Assembly: GCA_003232385.1 (NCBI GenBank)
Contig: QIJE01000006.1
Coordinates: 7,336 to 71,335, forward strand
Direction: 5' to 3'
Source of the DNA: a bacterium
Lineage (GTDB): Bacteria; SZUA-79; Acidulodesulfobacterales; Acidulodesulfobacteraceae
Length of the DNA: 64,000 bases
In this document: positions 56,349 through 64,000 of the stretch, one piece after another
Position numbering within the stretch: the stretch's first letter is position 1
Layout of the letters: the number at the start of each line of letters is the position of its first letter
Notes under the pieces: generated by a model
Database searches by the model: none
Told to the model about the DNA's origin: nothing
What the model saw: the letters and a program-made list of their open reading frames with translations, nothing else
Program-made: the position numbers and the translations under genes

Positions 56349-58792
56349 TGATAAATGATTTTAGAACCGAATTAAAAAATAGGCTGATACTTTCCGACGG
56401 TGCCATGGGGACAATGCTTCAGCTTAAGAATCTCATTCCTAAAGGTCTGCTTCCGGAAAGTTTTAATATTTCCGAAAAAATAAGACATATAAAGGATATA
56501 CATAGTGATTATATCAATGCGGGTAGTGAAATAATAGTCGCTAATACATTTGGAGCCAATAAAATAAAATTAGCCGAATATGGTCTTGCCGACAAATTAT
56601 ATGAGGTAAATTTTAATGCCGTTAAGTCTGTTAAGGAAATTTCCGGAGGTGCCGTACTCGTTGCTATGTCTATAGGGCCTACCGGAAAATTTATTTATCC
56701 GGTAGGAGACATGACCTTCAAGGAAAGCGTAGAAATATACAAAGAACAAATAAGAGCAGGGATAGACGCCGGTGCCGATATTTTTCAACTTGAGACCATG
56801 ATAGATTTGCAGGAGATAAGGAGTGCCGTTGTTGCGGTTAAAGAATTATGCGATAAGCCGATTATTGCGATGATGACGTTTGATGATACTTTCAGGACTA
56901 TCCTCGGAACTACGCCGGAGGTTTTTGCTATAACGGCGGACAGCCTCGGAGCGGACGTAATAGGGGCGAACTGTTCCGTAGGTCCCGCCGGAATTTACGA
57001 AGTTTTAAAGAAAATGGCTTCGGTGACGGATGTGCCGCTGATTTCTAAGCCGAATGCGGGGATACCGAAATTAGTAGGAGGGAATACCGTCTTTCCCGGA
57101 AAACCGGAAGATTTCGTTTCGTCGGTTTCCGAGCTTGCGTTAATAGGGGTAAGGGTAATTTCCGCATGTTGCGGGAGCGACAAATCTTTCATAAAAGCGC
57201 TTAGGAGCGAAATAGATAAGATAAACAAAAACGGTTTGCCGGAAAAGGGCATAAAGAGGGAGAACGGGCTATTTTTAACGTCAAGAACGGATTTCGTGCC
57301 GTGCGGGTATAATCATCCTCCCGTTATTATAGGGGAAAGAATTAATCCCACCGGCAAAAAAACATTTATGGAGGAACTTAAGAACGGAAAGACTAATTAT
57401 ATAAGAAAAACCGCGTTAAGGCAGGTTGAGGCTGGTGCTACTATATTGGATATAAACGTAGGGGTCCCGGGTACCGATGAAATAAATTCCATGAAAAAGG
57501 GAATAGTTGCAATAACAAGCGTTGTGCATATACCGATTTCTATTGATTCTTCCGATCCATCCGTTCTGGAAGAGGCCCTTATGCTGTATTCAGGCAAGCC
57601 GCTCGTAAACTCTATAAGCGGCGAAGAGAAAAAACTTATGAAGGTTATGCCTCTTATTAAGAAATATGGAGCGGGTGTATTAATTTTGGCTTTAGATGAC
57701 GAAGGTATTCCGGAGACCGCGGAAAAAAGGCTTAAAACAGCTTATAAGGTATATCGAAAGCTTGTAGATTTTGGCGTAAAACCCTACGACATAATGATTG
57801 ATTTTCTTACGCTACCTATAAGCGCGGGGCAGGAAAAATCCTTAATAACCGTCGAAGCACTTGCTAAAAATAAAACATCTTTAAATCTTCCAACCGTTTT
57901 GGGAGTCAGCAACGTGTCATTCGGTCTTCCGAAGAGGTCGTATATTAATTCATCTTTCCTATCTTTGTGTCTGAAAGAAGGGTTAAGCGTATCCATAATA
58001 AATCCAGAGGACGATTATTTGATGGCAAATTTTTATGCAATGAGTGCACTTTTAGGGAAGGATTATCTTTGTAAGAATTACATAAACAGGTATTCTAATG
58101 AAGCCAAGGACTATGCCGAAAATAAGAATAAAGAAAAAGGTCTTAATTCCGCCTCCGACAAATCTGTCGGCGAACTCTTATACGATGCCGTAGTTCACGG
58201 TGAAAATGAGTATGTAGAACAATATGCGGAAAAACTTTTAGCGGACGGGGAACTGCCGTTAAATATAGGAAGTAAATATTTAATCCCCGCATTGGAAGAA
58301 GTCGGTAAGCTTTTTGATAAAAATATATATTTTCTTCCACAGGTTATGGAAAGCGCCGAGACTATGAAAAAGGCATTTAATAGAATTAAACGTGAACTGC
58401 CCAAAACCGATATTCTTGCGGGACCGAAGATACTAATGGCTACGGTAGAAGGGGATGTACACGATATAGGGAAAAATATAGTGACTATGCTTTTGGAGAA
58501 TAACGGCTATCAAGTCATAGACCTCGGCCGGAATGTAAAAACCGAAAGAATAATTGATGAGGCCGTAAAAAATAAGGTGGATTTCGTAGGGCTTTCAGCT
58601 TTAATGACTACCACGGTTACGGAGATGGAACGCGTTATAAGTGAATTGAAGAAACATGATCTAAGAGTATTTTCAATGGTCGGAGGAGCTGTCGTAACGG
58701 AAGATTATGCGAGATCTATAAATGCCGATATTTATGCCAAAAATGCAATGGAAGCTGTTGAAAAGATAAGGCAATTTATTGCCGTTTTATAG
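56348..58792 (+). CDS. metH: Cobalamin-dependent methionine synthase, short form lacking the AdoMet reactivation domain
   Basis: Hcy-binding domain (DGAMGT), pterin-binding domain, B12-binding DVHDIGKNIV (DxHxxG). The protein ends at 814 aa, right after the B12 domain. Confidence 0.9.
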   Translation: MINDFRTELKNRLILSDGAMGTMLQLKNLIPKGLLPESFNISEKIRHIKDIHSDYINAGSEIIVANTFGANKIKLAEYGLADKLYEVNFNAVKSVKEISGGAVLVAMSIGPTGKFIYPVGDMTFKESVEIYKEQIRAGIDAGADIFQLETMIDLQEIRSAVVAVKELCDKPIIAMMTFDDTFRTILGTTPEVFAITADSLGADVIGANCSVGPAGIYEVLKKMASVTDVPLISKPNAGIPKLVGGNTVFPGKPEDFVSSVSELALIGVRVISACCGSDKSFIKALRSEIDKINKNGLPEKGIKRENGLFLTSRTDFVPCGYNHPPVIIGERINPTGKKTFMEELKNGKTNYIRKTALRQVEAGATILDINVGVPGTDEINSMKKGIVAITSVVHIPISIDSSDPSVLEEALMLYSGKPLVNSISGEEKKLMKVMPLIKKYGAGVLILALDDEGIPETAEKRLKTAYKVYRKLVDFGVKPYDIMIDFLTLPISAGQEKSLITVEALAKNKTSLNLPTVLGVSNVSFGLPKRSYINSSFLSLCLKEGLSVSIINPEDDYLMANFYAMSALLGKDYLCKNYINRYSNEAKDYAENKNKEKGLNSASDKSVGELLYDAVVHGENEYVEQYAEKLLADGELPLNIGSKYLIPALEEVGKLFDKNIYFLPQVMESAETMKKAFNRIKRELPKTDILAGPKILMATVEGDVHDIGKNIVTMLLENNGYQVIDLGRNVKTERIIDEAVKNKVDFVGLSALMTTTVTEMERVISELKKHDLRVFSMVGGAVVTEDYARSINADIYAKNAMEAVEKIRQFIAVL

Positions 58793-58990
58793 ATAAATGT
58801 TACAATTGTATTACGTTTTTATTACGTTTCTATGACAATTTCACAATCGTTGTGAATTTCTCTTGCAAAAGTCTTGTTAATATAAAAATTTTTTATAAAA
58901 AAATTAGGTAGTTAATCAAATTGATTAATTTTTAATCAATATTAACCTATTGATATCTCAAGGAAAACATTATAACTCATTTAATTTATT

Positions 58991-60448
58991 ATGATTTTAA
59001 GATTAAAAATTAAAGCGGAAATTATATTATATTTTTTTTTAAAATACATATTGAACAATGTTTTCAATAGGGAAGGGGATGTTCTGCCCGTTCATATTCT
59101 AAAAAAGATAGATAAAGATACCTTCGATAACTTTGCTTCATATATCCATTCTTACGGCATTCCCATTATTTTTGTGACCGGAACCAATGGAAAAACAACC
59201 ACGGCAAATCTCATTGCGGATACCTTAAGGGCAGCAGGTAAAAATGTATGCGTCAATTCAAACGGAGCCAACATGTCTAACGGTGTGTTCGGAGCCATTA
59301 TCGGCTCATACGGATTATCGACGATAGATAGATTGTTAGGATTAGATTTTCAATTTAATGCTGATTTTATCGTTATTGAGGCAGATGAAAAAGTTTTCCC
59401 TTATCTATCGTCAAAACTAATGCCGAACGTCGTAGTCATTACAAATTTTTATAGAGACCAATTGGATAGATACGGGGAAATCAACACAACGGTTTTTGAG
59501 ATAAAAAGGGCCATAAAAAACCTATCCGGCGATACGATGCTTATTCTACCCTCCTTTGAACCGCTTGCGATGTCGGTTGGTTACGGCATTAATAATCCCA
59601 GAATATATTACGGCTTTAAAAGGGAATTTTTTAAAGAGAAACAATGCCAGGAGAGGGCTGTATCGTCGGATGCTTTAACTTGTCCTTACTGTAAAAAGGT
59701 TCTCTTTAACAGAAAGGATGTTAATCAAAATGTATTTTTACTGAAGTTTAAATGTGAAAACTGCGGTTTTACGAACATAGAACCGGATATATATATTTCG
59801 GGATATAAGGGGGAAAAGATAATAATAAAATCGAATAAAATTGGTGCTGAATATGACGGTAAAACGGATGGGGCACTTTATTCTGATTTTAAACCTGCAT
59901 TATCCGGCGATTACAATATGGCAAATTATTTGGCTGCTTACTCGGTTTTAAAGAATTATAAAATTAAAAATGATATCATAATACCTTCATTCGAGAATTT
60001 TCAGACAAAATTTGGCAGGTCGTTTAAGAAATATGTAGGAGATTTAGAGATAAACATTGACCTTGTTAAGAATCCTACCGGATTAAGTAGAGTTTTGGAG
60101 AAAATAACAGACGTGTACAATAATGACTTGCCTTTTATAGATATTTTATTTGCATTTTCCGATAGGGATGCCGACGGAAGAGATGTTTCATGGATTTGGG
60201 ATGTGGAGTTTGAAAAATATGTCAAAGACATAGGAAAGATTATTATTACAGGGCTTCGCCCGTTTGATATGGCAATAAGGTTAAAAACGGCAGGCGTAGA
60301 CAAGAGCCTTATTTCGATAGAGCATAATCTAAAAAAATCATTAAAAAAAATCATTAAAATAGGGAGGTCGCAAGTCTCTTCCAATAAAAAAGTTTTCATT
60401 TTATCTACTTATACGGAGCTTTTAAGAATCAAAAAGTACATAATGTAA
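58991..60448 (+). CDS. murT: Lipid II isoglutaminyl synthase, Mur-ligase-like subunit MurT
   Basis: P-loop GTNGKTTT, Cys4 ribbon CPYCKK...CENCGF, C-terminal DUF1727-type motif DADGRDVSWIWD. Confidence 0.85.
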   Translation: MILRLKIKAEIILYFFLKYILNNVFNREGDVLPVHILKKIDKDTFDNFASYIHSYGIPIIFVTGTNGKTTTANLIADTLRAAGKNVCVNSNGANMSNGVFGAIIGSYGLSTIDRLLGLDFQFNADFIVIEADEKVFPYLSSKLMPNVVVITNFYRDQLDRYGEINTTVFEIKRAIKNLSGDTMLILPSFEPLAMSVGYGINNPRIYYGFKREFFKEKQCQERAVSSDALTCPYCKKVLFNRKDVNQNVFLLKFKCENCGFTNIEPDIYISGYKGEKIIIKSNKIGAEYDGKTDGALYSDFKPALSGDYNMANYLAAYSVLKNYKIKNDIIIPSFENFQTKFGRSFKKYVGDLEINIDLVKNPTGLSRVLEKITDVYNNDLPFIDILFAFSDRDADGRDVSWIWDVEFEKYVKDIGKIIITGLRPFDMAIRLKTAGVDKSLISIEHNLKKSLKKIIKIGRSQVSSNKKVFILSTYTELLRIKKYIM

Positions 60449-60490
60449 TATGAAAATACGACTGAATATAATTTATTTTGTATTGTCTCA

Positions 60491-60877
60491 TTGCATAGGG
60501 ATATTATCATGGATATGATTTCTTACGTATTTATAGGCTTAGCCGTCATATTTAACTCGATAGGCCAAATTTTACAAAAAGTCGGTTCCGGCCGAATAAA
60601 AAAGGAACATTTAAAAATAGGCGTTAAGTCTATTTTTGTGTTCTTTAACCCTTTTATATTTAGCGCACTCGTAATGCTTCTTTTTGCAACCATTTTTTAT
60701 CTGTTTGCTTTATCTATGCTTCCGCTTTCGATTGCCTATCCGATGTTATCGAGCGGTTACATCATAGTAGTTCTTTTATCTAAAATATTTTTGAACGAGA
60801 AGGTAAGCTTAAAAAGGTGGGTCGGTGTTTTTGTCATAATAATAGGAATATTTATAATATTTAACTCAGGTAAATGA
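60491..60877 (+). CDS. Small 4-TM DMT/EamA-like membrane protein (ArnE/SMR-like)
   Basis: 128 aa with four hydrophobic helices (start could be ATG 60509). No diagnostic motif. Confidence 0.45.
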   Translation: MHRDIIMDMISYVFIGLAVIFNSIGQILQKVGSGRIKKEHLKIGVKSIFVFFNPFIFSALVMLLFATIFYLFALSMLPLSIAYPMLSSGYIIVVLLSKIFLNEKVSLKRWVGVFVIIIGIFIIFNSGK

Positions 60878-60892
60878 AGGTTTTATTTTTTT

Positions 60893-61708
60893 ATGAAATT
60901 ACTTTCTTCAAATGCGTTTGTCGTATATGCAAAAAAAATAAACGAAGCGGATATGCTTTTAAGTTATATTACCGAGGATTACGGAAAGGTCACTTGTTTT
61001 GCCAATAATGCGAGAAAGAGCAGAAAAAGGTTTCTCGGCAAGTTAGAGCCCGCAATGCTAACCAAGATAAAATTTTATGAAAAGCCGGGAATGACCTTAG
61101 ATATTTTGTATGAAGTAGATTTAGTGGAAGATTATAAGAATTTAAGAAAAAATATAAATATTTACTTATTTTTAACTAAGCTCATTGAAATTCCAAGGAT
61201 TTTATGTCAGGAAAGAGATAATAATAAAAATATTTTTTATTTGATGAAGAATATTTTCAAGGGCCTTAATAATTTAAATATTGAAGATATAGATAATGAA
61301 GGTAAATCTGCAGGATATGGGCATATTTCCATAAACGCCATACTAATCAAATACGACATTTATTTTCTTTCAAATCTGCTACGATATATGGGCATATTTC
61401 CAAATTTTTATAATTGCATTATTTGTTCGGAAAAAAATCTTGGCAATAGTTTTGATTTTAGTTTGAATAGAGGCGGAGTTGTTTGTAGTTCGTGTATCAA
61501 AGATAAAAGTAATGAATTTAAATACTCGGAAGTTAAAAAGTTACCGGTTAATTTTATAAATTTATCAAATTTAATGGCTGAGTCAAACTTATCAATAATA
61601 AATAAGTTAGCGGTAAAAGAGGAAATTTTAGTAGAGTGTTCGATATTTTTAAGGGATTTTTTGTCTTTTCATACCGGTAAAAGATTAAGATCTTTTGAAA
61701 CAATTTGA
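60893..61708 (+). CDS. recO: DNA repair protein RecO
   Basis: OB-fold N-terminus (AFVVYAKKINEADMLLSYITEDYGKV) and Cys4 finger CIICSEK...CSSC. Confidence 0.8.
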   Translation: MKLLSSNAFVVYAKKINEADMLLSYITEDYGKVTCFANNARKSRKRFLGKLEPAMLTKIKFYEKPGMTLDILYEVDLVEDYKNLRKNINIYLFLTKLIEIPRILCQERDNNKNIFYLMKNIFKGLNNLNIEDIDNEGKSAGYGHISINAILIKYDIYFLSNLLRYMGIFPNFYNCIICSEKNLGNSFDFSLNRGGVVCSSCIKDKSNEFKYSEVKKLPVNFINLSNLMAESNLSIINKLAVKEEILVECSIFLRDFLSFHTGKRLRSFETI

Positions 61709-61731
61709 TTAATGAAACAAATAATATAAAA

Positions 61732-63171
61732 ATGCGAAATAATAAAAATAATATACTTAGGCAGTTTCCAAGTATGCAGGCTATACTTAAAAATCCGGAG
61801 GTCGTTCGACTTACGGAATCGTTTTCGTATGAGTTTGTAAAGGAAAGGTTAGGCGACTTAATTAAACTAAAAAAAAATGAAATTCTTGGCACTATTGATT
61901 CGAATGATGAATTCGGGATACCGTACAATTATTATCTTACCGTCGAATTTTTTACGGAAAAACTTAAAGAAGATCTAAATGATTTTTCTTTTAGTCTTAA
62001 AAGAGTCATTAACGGAACCGGCGTTGTCGTCCATACAAATTTAGGTCGTTCAATACTGTCTAAGAGCGCGGTTGATAATATCAGTAGAATTTCATCATCG
62101 TATTCTAACTTAGAATTTAATTTGGCAGAAGGCGAAAGAGGAAAAAGATATTCTCATGTAGAGTATCTTTTGAAAAAAATCATAAAATGTGAGAAAGCTA
62201 TAGTCGTAAATAATAATGCGGCTGCCGTATTTATGACATTATCGTCATTCTGTTCCGGGCAAAAGAAAGAGGTCATAGTTTCAAGAGGAGAGCTTGTAGA
62301 GATAGGAGGTTCTTTTAGGATACCGGATATAATGAGAGCATCCGGCGCTGTTTTAGTCGAAGTAGGAGCAACTAACAAGACTAGGCCGGAGGATTATGAA
62401 TCTAATATAAATGAAAACACCGCATTATTACTGAAAGTGCATCAAAGCAATTTTAGAATGGTCGGTTTTGTACATGAATTGTCAAGTAAGGATATTGTTT
62501 CTATCGGAAAAAAATATAGGATACCGGTTGTGGAGGATCTGGGCTCCGGCAGTTTTATAAATTTAAGTCGGTTTGGTCTTCCCTATGAACCCACTGCTCA
62601 GGAGGTTGTAAGTACAGGAATGGATGTTGTTACTTTTAGCGGTGATAAATTGCTGGGCGGACCCCAAGCCGGAATAATAGCCGGAAAGAAGAAATATATT
62701 GATATGATCGCGACAAACCCTTTGAATAGGGCTTTTAGGATAGACAAGATGACCATAGCTTCATTAGAAGCAACTCTATTCGAGTATTTAGATATGGAAA
62801 ATGCAGTTAAAAAAATACCTACGCTTTCCCTTATCGCTCAATCCGAACAGGATATTAAGAAAAAGGCAAAAAAATTTTTAAATAAACTTAAAAAATTTGA
62901 ATGGAAAAATAAAAATTTATATAATTTTAAGATATTAGAGGATCTGAGTATTGTGGGTGGAGGTGCTCTTCCTGATTATGGGCTTAAGACCTATGCTTTA
63001 AGCATTACGCATAAAACAATGAGCGCTGATAATCTTAGCAAAATTTTCCGCGGTTTGAATATTCCGATTATCGGAAAAATAAAAAACGCAGAATTTTTGC
63101 TTGACATGAGAACTGTATTAGACACAGATTTTAAAGATATTTTATACGGGTTGTCGATAATTGATATATAG
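61732..63171 (+). CDS. selA: L-seryl-tRNA(Sec) selenium transferase
   Basis: The ORF is open from TTG 61705; ATG 61732 gives MRNNKNNILRQFPSMQ. INGTGVVVHTNLGRS, VVNNNAAAV, VSRGELVEIGGSFRIPD, PLP-lysine motif FSGDKLLGGPQAGII.GKK. Confidence 0.9.
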   Translation: MRNNKNNILRQFPSMQAILKNPEVVRLTESFSYEFVKERLGDLIKLKKNEILGTIDSNDEFGIPYNYYLTVEFFTEKLKEDLNDFSFSLKRVINGTGVVVHTNLGRSILSKSAVDNISRISSSYSNLEFNLAEGERGKRYSHVEYLLKKIIKCEKAIVVNNNAAAVFMTLSSFCSGQKKEVIVSRGELVEIGGSFRIPDIMRASGAVLVEVGATNKTRPEDYESNINENTALLLKVHQSNFRMVGFVHELSSKDIVSIGKKYRIPVVEDLGSGSFINLSRFGLPYEPTAQEVVSTGMDVVTFSGDKLLGGPQAGIIAGKKKYIDMIATNPLNRAFRIDKMTIASLEATLFEYLDMENAVKKIPTLSLIAQSEQDIKKKAKKFLNKLKKFEWKNKNLYNFKILEDLSIVGGGALPDYGLKTYALSITHKTMSADNLSKIFRGLNIPIIGKIKNAEFLLDMRTVLDTDFKDILYGLSIIDI

Positions 63172-63268
63172 GAACTTTTAGTTTTATATTTTTTCATTTG
63201 CTGGTATAATAATATTAATATTTAAATGGATTTAGCTTTATATCATTATTTTATTGTCGTAAATAATT

Positions 63269-63865
63269 ATGATATCTTCAAGTGTTCTTGTTTTAAATAA
63301 ATCCTTTTTACCTGTGCATGTGACCTCCCTGAAAAGAGCATTTATTCTTTTTTATCAGGGTATCGCCAAAGCCGTGGACAAAAATTATAGAACATTTAGT
63401 TTTGATTCATGGGCAGATCTTTCCGTTATTGACGGATATAATTCAATTGGACTCGTGAATAGGATGATAAGGGTGCCAAGCGTGATAATTCTTACTAATT
63501 ACGATAAGCTGCCGAGAAGATATGTCAAATTTTCAAGAGCCAATATATTTTTAAGAGATAAAAATAAGTGCCAATATTGCGGTAAGGAATTTAAAAAAAA
63601 TGATTTAAATTTGGATCATGTTATTCCGAGGATGCGCGGTGGCGTTTCGTCTTGGGAAAACGTGGTATGCAGTTGTATTCCGTGTAATCGCAACAAGGGT
63701 GGCAGGACGCCGGAGGCGGCGGGAATGAAGCTTATAAAAAAGCCCATAAAACCGGGGTGGTCTTCGTATTATCATATATCGCTTACTAATATCATGTATA
63801 AAGAGTGGATGCCCTTCTTAAGCCTCGTAGATAATGCGTACTGGCATGTAGAATTAGATAAGTAG
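63269..63865 (+). CDS. HNH endonuclease family protein
   Basis: CQYCG...LNLDHVIPRMRGGVSSWENVVCSCIPCNRNKGGRTPEAAGM. Confidence 0.8.
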   Translation: MISSSVLVLNKSFLPVHVTSLKRAFILFYQGIAKAVDKNYRTFSFDSWADLSVIDGYNSIGLVNRMIRVPSVIILTNYDKLPRRYVKFSRANIFLRDKNKCQYCGKEFKKNDLNLDHVIPRMRGGVSSWENVVCSCIPCNRNKGGRTPEAAGMKLIKKPIKPGWSSYYHISLTNIMYKEWMPFLSLVDNAYWHVELDK

Positions 63866-63924
63866 CAGAATAATATAAATATTTATTAGATTATAGGCGA
63901 ATTTACCGGTAGTGATAAATTAAA

Positions 63925-64000
63925 ATGGACGCAATACTTAACCCTTTTGAAAGTATCGGAAAATTTATACTGAAAACAATCAACGATTTAGGTTCTATTG
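63925..64000 (+). CDS. 5' end of an unidentified CDS running off the window
   Basis: ATG 63925, MDAILNPFESIGKFILKTINDLGSI... Vaguely like MlaE-type permease N-termini, but too short to call. Confidence 0.25.
   Translation, partial: MDAILNPFESIGKFILKTINDLGSI

Noticed and set aside
63172-63268. tRNA-Sec (selC) or a SECIS element next to selA
   Set aside because: The flanking intergenic DNA is AT-rich without cloverleaf-forming G/C stems. No in-frame TGA-interrupted ORF pairs were noticed in the window.

Overview
AT-rich bacterial chromosomal segment with about 60 tightly packed, mostly housekeeping genes. I saw no rRNA, tRNA, CRISPR array, transposase or integrase. Gene content suggests a diderm, selenocysteine-using organism with many sigma-54-dependent regulators; the gene order resembles deltaproteobacteria-like lineages, but this is memory-based with no search run. 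In order: rnr (5' truncated), ABC1 kinase, ribF; a histidine kinase plus sigma-54 regulator; TPR protein; xseB-ispA-dxs-tlyA (minus strand); DUF4388-aroE-pilB-pilT-pilC-pilS-pilR with no pilin gene; truA; rimP-nusA-infB-rbfA-nrnA-truB-rpsO-pnp-M16 peptidase; a TetR-MFP-RND-MFS efflux operon behind a perfect 22-bp palindrome; xseA; modABC-like importer; TraT-like lipoprotein; mltG-ruvX-bioB; cbpA-cbpM; pal; bioC-bioF; gatD, queF, murI-metH, murT; a small DMT-like membrane protein; recO-selA; an HNH endonuclease. The stand-out is a compact minus-strand operon at about 49.38-51.19 kb. It encodes a radical-SAM/SPASM enzyme, a stand-alone PqqD-like peptide-binding protein, and two tandem, nearly identical 39-aa ORFs that are too short for the supplied ORF track. 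The peptide is MKKIYKTPSIQE(I/V)SAEEFYNMLTNDNNAKGSCYSCKGCK. Each copy has a GGAGGTG Shine-Dalgarno site, and a strong intrinsic terminator follows the pair. This looks like a RiPP (ranthipeptide/sactipeptide-like) maturation system whose precursor does not match any named family I can recall. All calls rest on motif recognition by eye; no database search or computation was possible.
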